From Polyangiales bacterium (GTDB lineage: Bacteria; Myxococcota_A; Polyangia; Polyangiales; Polyangiaceae), in NCBI GenBank assembly GCA_038231275.1, contig JBBRLQ010000002.1, positions 128,001 to 192,000 on the forward strand: DNA of 64,000 nucleotides, given 5' to 3'. The position numbers and the translations under genes were made by a program. Below, piece after piece: positions 22,397 through 31,114 of the stretch. The notes under the pieces were generated by a model. That model was not told the DNA's origin, made no database searches, and worked only from the letters and a program-made list of their open reading frames with translations. Every line of letters begins with the position of its first letter. Position 1 is the stretch's first letter.

Positions 22397-23392
22397 TCAC
22401 CCCGCCGTCGGGCACCCGCCGCCGCACGTCTTCACGCCGTAGCAGTCCGACGTGCAGCTCGGGCCGCCACACTCGCAGTCCTGCTTGCAGACTTGATCGG
22501 CGAGCGCAGGATCCGAACCGCAGGAGACCTCGCACTGCGAGTAGACGCTGGGAATGACGGCGTGGTGGATGCAGCAGACGGTGCCGGCGGGACAATCGGC
22601 GGTCTCGTCGCACTTGAGGGAGACGTTGACCGGCTTGAGCGTGCAGCCGTCGCCGGAGGGAGAGCACGCTCCGTTGCAGCACTGCTCCGCCTGCGCGGCG
22701 CACGGGCCAGACGGCGGGCAGTCGATCCCGGCGGTGAAAGGGCCACAAGGGCCCGCGTCGACGCGTGTGGTCGTCGCGTCACCGTCCGATGCGCCGTCGC
22801 GTCCGCCGACGTCGGCGCGGGCGTCCGTCAGCGAACCGGGAGGCGGAGGGGTCGGAGTCCCCGGCGGCGGCGCGAGGTTCGAGCACGCCGGGTCGACGCA
22901 CGCCGCCGAGACGCAGCCGCCCGCGAGGCACGTGTACTCGGGCTCGCATCGCACGCCGGCACAGTCCTGCCGGAGCTCGATGGGGAGGAGGAGCGGCGTG
23001 TGCGCGACGAAGCGAAGACGACGGCGGGCGACGACGCACCCCGCGAGGCTGGCGCCAGGCGTGCGAACGGCGCACGCTTCCCGCCCGAGGCCCGCCACGA
23101 TCTCGATCGCGATCTCGGCGCCGCGATCGCCGCTCGGCACGACGACGAGATCGCCGATTTCGCGCGGCGAAGACGGAGCACACGTCGCGGCGGTCGCCCC
23201 CGGCGCACCTTCGAGCGAGGCAAAATCAGGCCCGATCGTGATCGTGGTGGTGCCCGGCTCCTTGGACGCGGCGATCGGTGGACAGCTCGCGAGATCCGTC
23301 GTGAGGACGAGTCGGATCTCCGTCGGATCCCGGCAGCTCGCGACGATCGCGATCGCCCCGAGGAGGGGAAACAGGACCGCCCCTCGCACCAT
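22397..23392 (-). CDS. Cys-rich lipoprotein (myxobacterial 'CRDPTEI' type)
   Basis: MVRGAVLFPLLGAIAIVASC lipobox; 'CVVARRRLRFVAHTPLLLPIEL'; Cys-rich tail; starts 35 nt after the RT stop. Confidence 0.78.
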   Translation of the reverse strand: MVRGAVLFPLLGAIAIVASCRDPTEIRLVLTTDLASCPPIAASKEPGTTTITIGPDFASLEGAPGATAATCAPSSPREIGDLVVVPSGDRGAEIAIEIVAGLGREACAVRTPGASLAGCVVARRRLRFVAHTPLLLPIELRQDCAGVRCEPEYTCLAGGCVSAACVDPACSNLAPPPGTPTPPPPGSLTDARADVGGRDGASDGDATTTRVDAGPCGPFTAGIDCPPSGPCAAQAEQCCNGACSPSGDGCTLKPVNVSLKCDETADCPAGTVCCIHHAVIPSVYSQCEVSCGSDPALADQVCKQDCECGGPSCTSDCYGVKTCGGGCPTAG

Positions 23393-23427
23393 CTGCACTA
23401 CGATACATGGGAGACGCTGGGAGTGCG

Positions 23428-24774
23428 TTACCCCCACCGAATCGTCTCCAACATCCGCATCAGCCGTTCGCCGCGCGCCGGGTCGGATGCCGCGACCCAC
23501 GCGACGAGGCCGCGGAGGTGCCCGCGGAAGTCTTCGTGCCCGCCGCGGTTCTGCGTCGCCGGGCCGAGGCGAGCGCAGTTGTAGAGCGTCGCTTTGAGGC
23601 GGTCCACGGCTTCGCGGGAGACTCGCGGGCGCTCGTTCACGACGAGGCCAGTGACGGTCTGCCGGCCGCCGGCGGGCATGATGCGCGTCTTGCGATGGTT
23701 CACGACGAAGCCCTCTTCGAACACGATCGCGCCGACGCGCGCAGCGAATCGGAGCGCACCACGCGCGAAGTCGGCGCTGCCCGAGAAGACGAGATCGTCC
23801 GCGTACCGCGTGTACGCCGCGCCGGCTGCTGCGGCGGCCGCCGACAAGCGAACGTCGAGACCAAACGCCACGAGGTTGGCGAGCGCGGGCGACGTCGGCG
23901 ATCCCTGCGGCAAGTGACGCGCGCGTGCGAGGGCCTCGGCGCGTCGCCACGCGTCGATGTCCGCGCGCGCCGCGTACGGCCCGAGGGCTCCGCGCCGCGC
24001 GATCGCGTCGACCGGCGTGCGGTTGGTGCAGAGGCGCGAGAGGACGAACGCCACCTCCTCTGGATAGCCCGCGGTTCGAAAGACCGCCGCTACGCGTGCC
24101 GCGGTGATCGTGAGGAAGAAGTCCGCCAGATCGATGCGCATCACTACCGCGCGACCCGCATGCGCCGCCGCGTGGGTGCGGGCCGAGCGCCCGCGACGAA
24201 ATCCGTGAACCGCGTCGTGGGGAGGGATGACGTCGAGCACCTCGCGCAAGATGGCGCGCTGGATCGCCTTCATCCGCGGCTTCGGCGCTTCGAGCAAGCG
24301 CACGCCTCCGCTTCCGTCGGCGCGCTTCGAGACCCAGCGGTACCGGTACTGCCGCAGGGCTTCGCGTTCGACGATTCGCTCGAGACCTCGCGCGTCCGCG
24401 AACCATTCGAGCTCGCCGGCGCGGAGTCCCAGCCACGCCGCCACGTCGCCGTGCGTCGTCAGAACCCGAACGTTCCACCGCGGGCTCCTCATCTCGACGT
24501 GCGGCACGAGCCAAGCACGAACCGTCGGCGCCTCACGCCGCCCACACACCTCGATGAGACGCTTGTCGCCGGCGACGAATCGCGTCAGCTCACGGAGCCG
24601 ACCGCGAGGTGAATTCTGGAACTTCGCGAGGACTCGCGCCGCGACCTTCGACACCCAGGGGAGCGACCCGCCGAGGGCGGTCGCAGCGCGCGCCTTCAGT
24701 CCCGCGCGCGTCCACTCCCCTTCGGCGAGAAATGCTGCCGCAAGGGCGCCGGCCACGTTGACGAGCTCGGCCAT
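23428..24774 (-). CDS. Retron-type reverse transcriptase with N-terminal extension
   Basis: 'RLLEAPKPRMKAIQR', 'HGFRRGRS', region X 'HAAAH' (NAxxH variant), 'IDLADFF', 'LPQGSPTSPALAN', catalytic 'YADD', region Y 'VTG'. No group II intron maturase or endonuclease domain is visible. Confidence 0.92.
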   Translation of the reverse strand: MAELVNVAGALAAAFLAEGEWTRAGLKARAATALGGSLPWVSKVAARVLAKFQNSPRGRLRELTRFVAGDKRLIEVCGRREAPTVRAWLVPHVEMRSPRWNVRVLTTHGDVAAWLGLRAGELEWFADARGLERIVEREALRQYRYRWVSKRADGSGGVRLLEAPKPRMKAIQRAILREVLDVIPPHDAVHGFRRGRSARTHAAAHAGRAVVMRIDLADFFLTITAARVAAVFRTAGYPEEVAFVLSRLCTNRTPVDAIARRGALGPYAARADIDAWRRAEALARARHLPQGSPTSPALANLVAFGLDVRLSAAAAAAGAAYTRYADDLVFSGSADFARGALRFAARVGAIVFEEGFVVNHRKTRIMPAGGRQTVTGLVVNERPRVSREAVDRLKATLYNCARLGPATQNRGGHEDFRGHLRGLVAWVAASDPARGERLMRMLETIRWG

Positions 24775-24977
24775 CCTTCGTCAACGTGCGGCGGCGAGGC
24801 CCAACCAGACTTGACTGGCGTGCGGAATCGTACGTTCTGCGTACCGCGCCGCACGCGACGAAATGCGGGTCCAATTGCGTTCCCTCGGGGTAACCCCGAG
24901 GAGGATCCGAGCCGTCCGAGACGGTCCCTTCTCCGACTTGAGCCCCCGCCGCCGCACGACGCGAGACTACACGAAGG
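24775..24977 (-). ncRNA. Putative retron msr-msd ncRNA
   Basis: Perfect 12-bp inverted repeat 24785-24796/24947-24958, extendable to ~20 bp with G:U pairs and one bulged G on the minus-strand RNA. Hairpins at 24912-24924 and 24883-24901 (msr-like) and 24818-24856 (msd-like). Directly upstream of the RT ATG. Confidence 0.78.
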
Positions 24978-24992
24978 CGCCGTCCGCGCGCA

Positions 24993-26546
24993 TCACCCCG
25001 CCTTGTCGCCCTGAAGCTTGCTGTGGTGCCGCCCGTACGTCCCATAGATCACGAAGCCGATCACGAGCCACACGACGAGCCGGATCCACGTGTCCTTCGG
25101 CAGACCGCTCATCACCCACAGGCACGCCACCGCGCCTAGCGGCGCAACGATGTAGAATGCAGGTACCCGGAACGGCCGCACGGCCTTCGGCTGCGTGAAG
25201 CGGAGGATGAAGACGCCCGCGCACACGAGCACGAACGCGAGCAGCGTGCCGATCGACACGAGCTCGCCGACGAGGCTCATCGGAAGGAGACCGCCCGCGA
25301 CGGCGACGAACGCGCCCGTCACGACCGTGGCCTTGTGCGGCGTGCCGAATTTTTTGTGCGCCTGCGAAAACCAAGGGAGAAGGCCGTCTTTGCTCATCGC
25401 ATAGAAGACGCGCGTCTGGCCCATCATCATGACCAGGATGACCGACGTGAGGCCCGACAGCGCACCGAGCTTCACCAGGAACGTGAAGGCCTTCGTCGCG
25501 CCCGGCGACCACTGCCGAAGCTGCACGATGCGATCGATGCCGACCGCGACCGGATCGGACACGCCGAGCTCGTGGTACGGGACGACGCCGGTGAGGACGA
25601 GCGCGACGAGGATGTAGAGGATCGTGCACACGACGAGCGAGCCGAGGATGCCGATCGGCAAATCCCGCGTCGGATTTTTGCATTCCTGCGCCGTCGTCGA
25701 GACCGCGTCGAAGCCGATGTACGCGAAGAAGACGACGCCCGCGCCCGTGAGGACGCCGCCCCAGCCGAAGCTCTGGATCGTCTCGCCGGCGCGCGTGCTC
25801 GGCCCGGCCGGAGGCACGAGCGAGGCGAGGCCGGACGCGGTCGCGTCGCCGACCCAGTTGGCGTGATTGACGACGCTCCATCCGAGCAGGATGAAGGTGA
25901 TGACGATGATGACCTTCACCGCGACGATGAGGTTGTTCACGAACGCCGACTCGCGCATGCCGCGGTAGAGGATCGCGGAAACGAGCACCGCGACGAAGCT
26001 GGCCGGGAGGTTCCACATGCCGTGCGTCGTCGTGCCATTCGCCAGCGTCACGACGTCGCCCCATGGCCCCTGCGTGAGGACGAGGAGGGAGTCGGGGAGC
26101 GTGATGCCGAGCGTCTTGTGGAGGAGCGAGATGAGGTAGCCCGACCACGAGACGGAGACGGTCACAGCGCCGAACGCGTACTCGAGGATGAGATCCCAGC
26201 CGATGATCCAGGCGATGATCTCGCCGAGCGTCGCGTAGGAGTACGCGTAGGCCGAGCCGGCGACCGGGATCATCGCCGCCATCTCCGCGTAGCAGAGGCC
26301 GGCCAGCGCGCAGAGAATGCCGCCGAGGACGAAGCTGTAGACGATGCCAGGGCCCGCGTAATACGCGGCCGCGGTCCCTGTGAGCGAGAAGATGCCAGCG
26401 CCGATAATGGCGCCGATGCCCAGGGCCACCAGGTTGAGGGGGCCGAGGGAGCGCTTGAGCGTGCCGTGCGCCGCGGCCTCGCTGGCGTTCGGATCGTTCG
26501 CTTCGGCGAGCAGCAGAGCGAGCGGCTTCTTCTTGAGGAGGTCCAT
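24993..26546 (-). CDS. APC-family amino acid permease (cationic amino acid transporter-like)
   Basis: 'LGIGAIIGAGIF', 'PVAGSAYAYSY', 'IGWDLILEY', 'FFAYIGFDAVST', 'SIGTLLAF'. Confidence 0.95.
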   Translation of the reverse strand: MDLLKKKPLALLLAEANDPNASEAAAHGTLKRSLGPLNLVALGIGAIIGAGIFSLTGTAAAYYAGPGIVYSFVLGGILCALAGLCYAEMAAMIPVAGSAYAYSYATLGEIIAWIIGWDLILEYAFGAVTVSVSWSGYLISLLHKTLGITLPDSLLVLTQGPWGDVVTLANGTTTHGMWNLPASFVAVLVSAILYRGMRESAFVNNLIVAVKVIIVITFILLGWSVVNHANWVGDATASGLASLVPPAGPSTRAGETIQSFGWGGVLTGAGVVFFAYIGFDAVSTTAQECKNPTRDLPIGILGSLVVCTILYILVALVLTGVVPYHELGVSDPVAVGIDRIVQLRQWSPGATKAFTFLVKLGALSGLTSVILVMMMGQTRVFYAMSKDGLLPWFSQAHKKFGTPHKATVVTGAFVAVAGGLLPMSLVGELVSIGTLLAFVLVCAGVFILRFTQPKAVRPFRVPAFYIVAPLGAVACLWVMSGLPKDTWIRLVVWLVIGFVIYGTYGRHHSKLQGDKAG

Positions 26547-26661
26547 GGGGTGGCGCCAGCCTACCGCGCCCGCGCCCGCGGGTGCTAATGCGCAAGGAGA
26601 CACCGGCGAGACCGTGCCCGACGCCTTGCGGGCGCCCGGATTTCGCTTCATAAGGGGCCGC

Positions 26662-28428
26662 ATGCGTGGGGGGGTCTTCTTTTTCGCTGCGCTCGCGTTC
26701 GCGGGGCTGGCCGGTCTCGCGGACTGCGTCCCGTCGGACCCGAGCGCGGCGGACGACGCGGCAGCCTCTTCGCAGGATGGCGGCCCCGGCAACGGCGACT
26801 CCGCAGCCCGCGAGGACGCCGCGAGCGACGACGCGACGACGCGACCCGACGGCGACGTCGGAAACGAGGCCGGTGCGAACGACGCTCGCGACGACGCGAC
26901 CCCGGCACGCGACGCCGGCTGCGACGCGCAGGTCCCGACCGACGGCGGGCTCGCGCCGCTCTGCGCCGTCCCCATTCCGCAGCCCACCGGCGGCGACGTG
27001 ATCGACGTCGCCGCGGCCGTGCGCCTCGGCAAGGCGATCTTCTGGGACGTGCAGACGGGCGGCGACGGCAAGCAAGCGTGCGCGTCGTGCCACTTCTCCG
27101 CCGGCGTCGACACGCGCCGACTGAATACGATTCACCCCGGCCCCAACGGCACGTTCGAGAGCGACGGCGTGACCGGCGCGGGGCAGACCGCGACGATCGC
27201 GAACATCGGCAACGACGACCGCGTCGGCGCGCAAGGCGTGATGGCGGCGACGTTCAACGCGATCGCGGGCGACCCCGCCACCGGCACGGACGACTGCACG
27301 CCCGCGCCGGCCGCGCCGTTCGGCACGAACCGCCAGGTGACGCCGCGCAACGCGCCGACCGTCATCGGCGCCGTCTTCTACCGCGATCTGTTCTGGGACG
27401 GCCGCGCGAGCCACGCCTTCAACGGCGTCGATCCATTCGGCGCCACGGGCAACGCGGCCGGGAGCCTCGCGAACGTAGGCGCCGCGGCGCTCGCGTCGCA
27501 AGCGGTCGGGCCGCCGAACAATCCCGTCGAAATGTCGTGCGCCGGTCGGAGCTTCAACGGACCGGGCAGCCTCGCGACGAAGATGCTCGCGCGCCAGCCG
27601 CTCCACTCCCAGAAAGTGAGTCCGAACGACGGCGTGCTGGGCGTCCTGTCGGCGTCGCCGGGAGACGGCCTCGCGTGCAACGGCAGCGCGTGCACCTACC
27701 GGGATCTCGTGGTCGCGGCCTTCGGCGCTTCGCTCGGCGCGCAAGCCGAAGCGCAGTTCTCACGGTTGTGGGGCCAGGCGCTCCTCGCGTACGAAGCGAC
27801 CCTCGTCCCCGACGACACGCCGTTCGATCGCTACCTCGCGGGGAGCGGGTCCGCGCTGACGGCGTCGCAGGTCCAGGGATTGTCGCTCTTCACCGGCAAG
27901 GGCCAGTGCGTTGCGTGCCACGCGGGGCCGGAGCTCAGCGATGCGACGTGGAGCTTCGCGACGCGCAAGGGCCTCGTGAACGAGGACACCGGCGATCAAG
28001 GTTTCCACAACACCGGCGTGCGCCCGGGCGGTCGCTTCCCCGAAGACCTGGGCCGCGCCGACGTAGGGCCCAAAGGCGTCACCTACTCCGTGAGCGCCGC
28101 GCAAGTCGATCGCGGCGCGTTCAAGACGCCGTCGCTCCGCAACGTGAAGCTCACCGCGCCGTATTTCCACAACGGCGGCAAAGCGACCCTCGACGATGTG
28201 CTCGCGTTCTATGCGCGCGGCGGCGACTTCAACAATCCCTCCTCGCGTGTCCGCGCGATCGTCTTCCTGGCGGGCGAGCAGGCGGCGCTCGTGGACTTCC
28301 TGGCGAACGCGCTCACCGACTGCCGCGTCGAGAAGGAGCGGGCGCCGTTCGATCACCCATCGCTCGACGTTCCCAACGGCCCGAGCCTCCCGGCGGTCGG
28401 CGCCGCGGGCGTCGGATCGTGCCCGTAG
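26662..28428 (+). CDS. Diheme cytochrome c peroxidase/MauG-family protein
   Basis: 'LGKAIFWD...ACASCH', 'RNAPTVI...FWDGRA', 'CVACH', 'FKTPSLRNVKLTAPYFHNG'. Confidence 0.9.
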   Translation: MRGGVFFFAALAFAGLAGLADCVPSDPSAADDAAASSQDGGPGNGDSAAREDAASDDATTRPDGDVGNEAGANDARDDATPARDAGCDAQVPTDGGLAPLCAVPIPQPTGGDVIDVAAAVRLGKAIFWDVQTGGDGKQACASCHFSAGVDTRRLNTIHPGPNGTFESDGVTGAGQTATIANIGNDDRVGAQGVMAATFNAIAGDPATGTDDCTPAPAAPFGTNRQVTPRNAPTVIGAVFYRDLFWDGRASHAFNGVDPFGATGNAAGSLANVGAAALASQAVGPPNNPVEMSCAGRSFNGPGSLATKMLARQPLHSQKVSPNDGVLGVLSASPGDGLACNGSACTYRDLVVAAFGASLGAQAEAQFSRLWGQALLAYEATLVPDDTPFDRYLAGSGSALTASQVQGLSLFTGKGQCVACHAGPELSDATWSFATRKGLVNEDTGDQGFHNTGVRPGGRFPEDLGRADVGPKGVTYSVSAAQVDRGAFKTPSLRNVKLTAPYFHNGGKATLDDVLAFYARGGDFNNPSSRVRAIVFLAGEQAALVDFLANALTDCRVEKERAPFDHPSLDVPNGPSLPAVGAAGVGSCP

Positions 28429-28431
28429 ACG

Positions 28432-29286
28432 TCAGCTCGTGAGGGCGCGGCGGGTGAGCCCGAACGACGCGCGCATGACGAGATCGACGAGGCGCGTAGG
28501 GAACAGGCCGACGAGCGCGATCAGCAGCCAGAATCGGCGCGGCGCGACGTAGCGCGTGCACGGACGCCGGGACTCGGCCGCGTGCGTGATCGCGCGGACG
28601 ACCGGGCGCGCGGAGCTCGCGACGAGATCGAAGCTGCGCCGGAGATCGTCGGCGCGCGCGTAGATCGACGCGTAACGCGAATCGGGCAGCTGCTCGCGCG
28701 CGAGCTCGCGAAGCACGCGGTCGCCGAAGCTCGTCTTGATCGTGCCTGGCTCGACGATCGCGACGTCGATCCCGAACGGCTGGAGCTCCATGCGAAGCGC
28801 GTCGGAGAGCGCCTCCAAGGCGTACTTCGTAGCGTGGTACGCGCCGAGCAGCGGCGCCGGGATGCGGCCGGAGACGCTGCTCACGTTGACGACGCGACCG
28901 CTCCGCTTCGCGAACATCGCCGGCAAGAAGGCCCGCGTGACCGCCATCAGACCGAACACGTTCGTGTCGAACTGCGCGCGAAGCGTCGCGTCGGAGAGCT
29001 CCGCGAGCGGCCCCACCGTCGCGTATCCGGCGTTGTTGACGAGGACGTCGAGCCCGCGGCCCTCCGTCCGCTCGCCGACCTGCCGAACGGCCTCGGCGAT
29101 GCTCTCCGCCGATGTCACGTCGAGCGCGAGCGTCTCGAGCGCGAGGCCCGACGCCTCCTGCTCCAGCGCGGCGAGCGCTGCCCGGTCGCGCCCCGTGGCG
29201 AACACACGATGGCCGCGCCGCGCGAGCCAGAGCGCCGTGTCACGGCCGATCCCCGCGGTGGCGCCGGTGATGCGAACGTTCTTCAT
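28432..29286 (-). CDS. Classical SDR oxidoreductase
   Basis: 'TGATAGIG', 'NNAG', 'YHATK'. Confidence 0.92.
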   Translation of the reverse strand: MKNVRITGATAGIGRDTALWLARRGHRVFATGRDRAALAALEQEASGLALETLALDVTSAESIAEAVRQVGERTEGRGLDVLVNNAGYATVGPLAELSDATLRAQFDTNVFGLMAVTRAFLPAMFAKRSGRVVNVSSVSGRIPAPLLGAYHATKYALEALSDALRMELQPFGIDVAIVEPGTIKTSFGDRVLRELAREQLPDSRYASIYARADDLRRSFDLVASSARPVVRAITHAAESRRPCTRYVAPRRFWLLIALVGLFPTRLVDLVMRASFGLTRRALTS

Positions 29287-29376
29287 GATTTTTTCCCCGA
29301 GCTGCGAGCGCTTCGATGCTCGGCGAGGCGTGGCGTTGCGGGATTTCTCGCGGCGAAACGCGCGCTGACTTCCGCC

Positions 29377-30312
29377 TTAGTGGCACTGCGCCGGGTGCGC
29401 GATCTCTTCGAGCTGCACGCACTGGGTGGGGCACCTCTGGGTCGTCGTCACGCCTTGGAAGCATTTCGAGCGCCGCGCACCGTGATCGACACAGCGGTAA
29501 ATCGCGTCGAGCTCCGCCGGGCACACGGTGCCATCCCCCTCGGGCGGCGGAATGTGCACGGCCACGTCGGCGTGGTTGTCGTCGTAGTGGAGCTCCGCGA
29601 TCATCCGATCGGGGTTCACGGTGACCGAAAGCACGTAGTCGCCGGCGGGCACGTCGGTGATGTCGATCCAGTTGCCCTCGGTCGTGTTCACGTACCCGTC
29701 GCCCCACCCGCGATGGAGGCCGGGGTGGTGGCAGTTGGTCTGCATCTTCGGCGTCCACGTGTCGGGCACCGGCGGCGAGCCGAACGGACGCTGCGGAGGG
29801 CGCGGTAGGAGCGAGCGTCCGCCGCCCTGCACGTTGTCCTCGATGCAGAACGACTCCTTGTGCCCCTTGGCCGCCTGCGTGCCGTCGCGCGCCTTGAGCT
29901 CGTAGTCGGCGTAGCCCTTGAAGTGGAAGTGACCGTGGCACGACGCGAACTCGAAGAAGCGCGCGTTGCCCTTCGACGGATCGCCGAGGAACAGATCCTT
30001 GGTGCCCACGTTCGTCACGAACGTCGTGAACCGGAGCAGGCGGCGACGGCCGGACGCGAGGATCGTCCCCTCGGCGACGGAGCACGAGTCTTCGGCGATG
30101 TCGCGCGTCTCGATCACGATGGACGCTTTGACGGTCGGCGCGTCGAGGCGAAGATCCGGACACCGAGCACCGGGCGCGCACACGTCGAACCGCGGCGCGT
30201 CGGTGAGTGCCTCGTCGTCGCTCCCGTCGTAGGCCGGCTGCGCATCTGCGCCGCCGCACGCTTGAATCACGCCCGCAACGGCGACGAAAACGGCGAGTCG
30301 AGCACCACGCAT
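29377..30312 (-). CDS. Lysyl oxidase family lipoprotein
   Basis: 'RRLLRF', Cu-binding 'CHGHFHF', 'GHKESFCIED', 'GWGDGY', 'WIDITDVPAGDY...VNP'. Confidence 0.85.
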   Translation of the reverse strand: MRGARLAVFVAVAGVIQACGGADAQPAYDGSDDEALTDAPRFDVCAPGARCPDLRLDAPTVKASIVIETRDIAEDSCSVAEGTILASGRRRLLRFTTFVTNVGTKDLFLGDPSKGNARFFEFASCHGHFHFKGYADYELKARDGTQAAKGHKESFCIEDNVQGGGRSLLPRPPQRPFGSPPVPDTWTPKMQTNCHHPGLHRGWGDGYVNTTEGNWIDITDVPAGDYVLSVTVNPDRMIAELHYDDNHADVAVHIPPPEGDGTVCPAELDAIYRCVDHGARRSKCFQGVTTTQRCPTQCVQLEEIAHPAQCH

Positions 30313-30400
30313 GGCGGTTCATGGTGCCAATGTCATACCAAGTCCTACATCATGTATTTATAGGTACTTAGCGCTCCATTTCGCGAAATATCGACCGCCC

Positions 30401-31114
30401 TTACTGGATCGCTTGCGCACCTGTCGCCCTGCGCGACCCGAGCATGGCGGCGACGAACCAGACCTCGAGGAGCGTGAACGCGATCGCGTTGCCGGCGCCG
30501 ATCCGCTCCGCGCTAGGTCGGATCGCGAGCGGCACGACTGGCGCGACCGAGATCGCGACGAACAGGAGGAGCATGGGAGGAGACAAGAGCGCGAGGGCGC
30601 GACTCCAACGTCCCGTTGCACGAAGCGTCCACGCCCACGCGATCGCAGCGAGCGTGTAGAGCAGCGCCGCCCATCCCGAGGTGAGCGGGAACACGACGTC
30701 CTCGAACGCCAGGAAGGCGGATGCGTCGCGCAGCCTGGCGGCCTCGCGTGCGAGCTCCACGCCGCGCGTCACCAAGAGGAGCTGCGCGCCTTGATCCGGA
30801 ACGATCGCCAGGAGCACGAAGACGAGCTGCGCGATCGCGGCTCGCCGTCCGGGACCCGCCGGCGTGCCGCGGAGCAGCGCGATCGCGAGGACGACGTCGG
30901 ACGCCGCCGTGATCTGCCACCCCAACCATCCAAGTCGATACGACGAGGGCGACGCGGCGACGCGCATCGCGCGATCGAGATCGCCCCCCGCGCCGCCTCC
31001 TCCCGGCAGCATCGGCAGAAGGAACACGAGCATCCCGAGCATCGCGGCCCCGTGCGCGAGGAACGTGAACGCCAAGGCGCGCACGAGCAGCCCATCCCCT
31101 GCGCGACCACTCAC
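30401..31114 (-). CDS. Integral membrane protein, hypothetical
   Basis: Five to six hydrophobic segments; GTGA overlap with the upstream SDR. Confidence 0.7.
   Translation of the reverse strand: MSGRAGDGLLVRALAFTFLAHGAAMLGMLVFLLPMLPGGGGAGGDLDRAMRVAASPSSYRLGWLGWQITAASDVVLAIALLRGTPAGPGRRAAIAQLVFVLLAIVPDQGAQLLLVTRGVELAREAARLRDASAFLAFEDVVFPLTSGWAALLYTLAAIAWAWTLRATGRWSRALALLSPPMLLLFVAISVAPVVPLAIRPSAERIGAGNAIAFTLLEVWFVAAMLGSRRATGAQAIQ

Noticed and set aside
22397-24514. 705-aa ORF overlapping the RT in another frame and fused to the downstream lipoprotein
   Set aside because: The RT-overlapping part is Arg/Ala-rich, low-information translation typical of GC-rich off-frames. The lipoprotein has its own ATG and lipobox at 23392.
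23428-24774. RT as a group II intron, DGR or CRISPR-associated RT
   Set aside because: No maturase/endonuclease domain, no intron-sized flanking RNA, no TR/VR repeat pair, and no cas genes or array were seen. The VTG motif and upstream inverted repeats fit a retron.
24967-24993. Tiny ORF MRADGAFV overlapping the permease stop
   Set aside because: Only 8 codons, with no independent support as a leader peptide.
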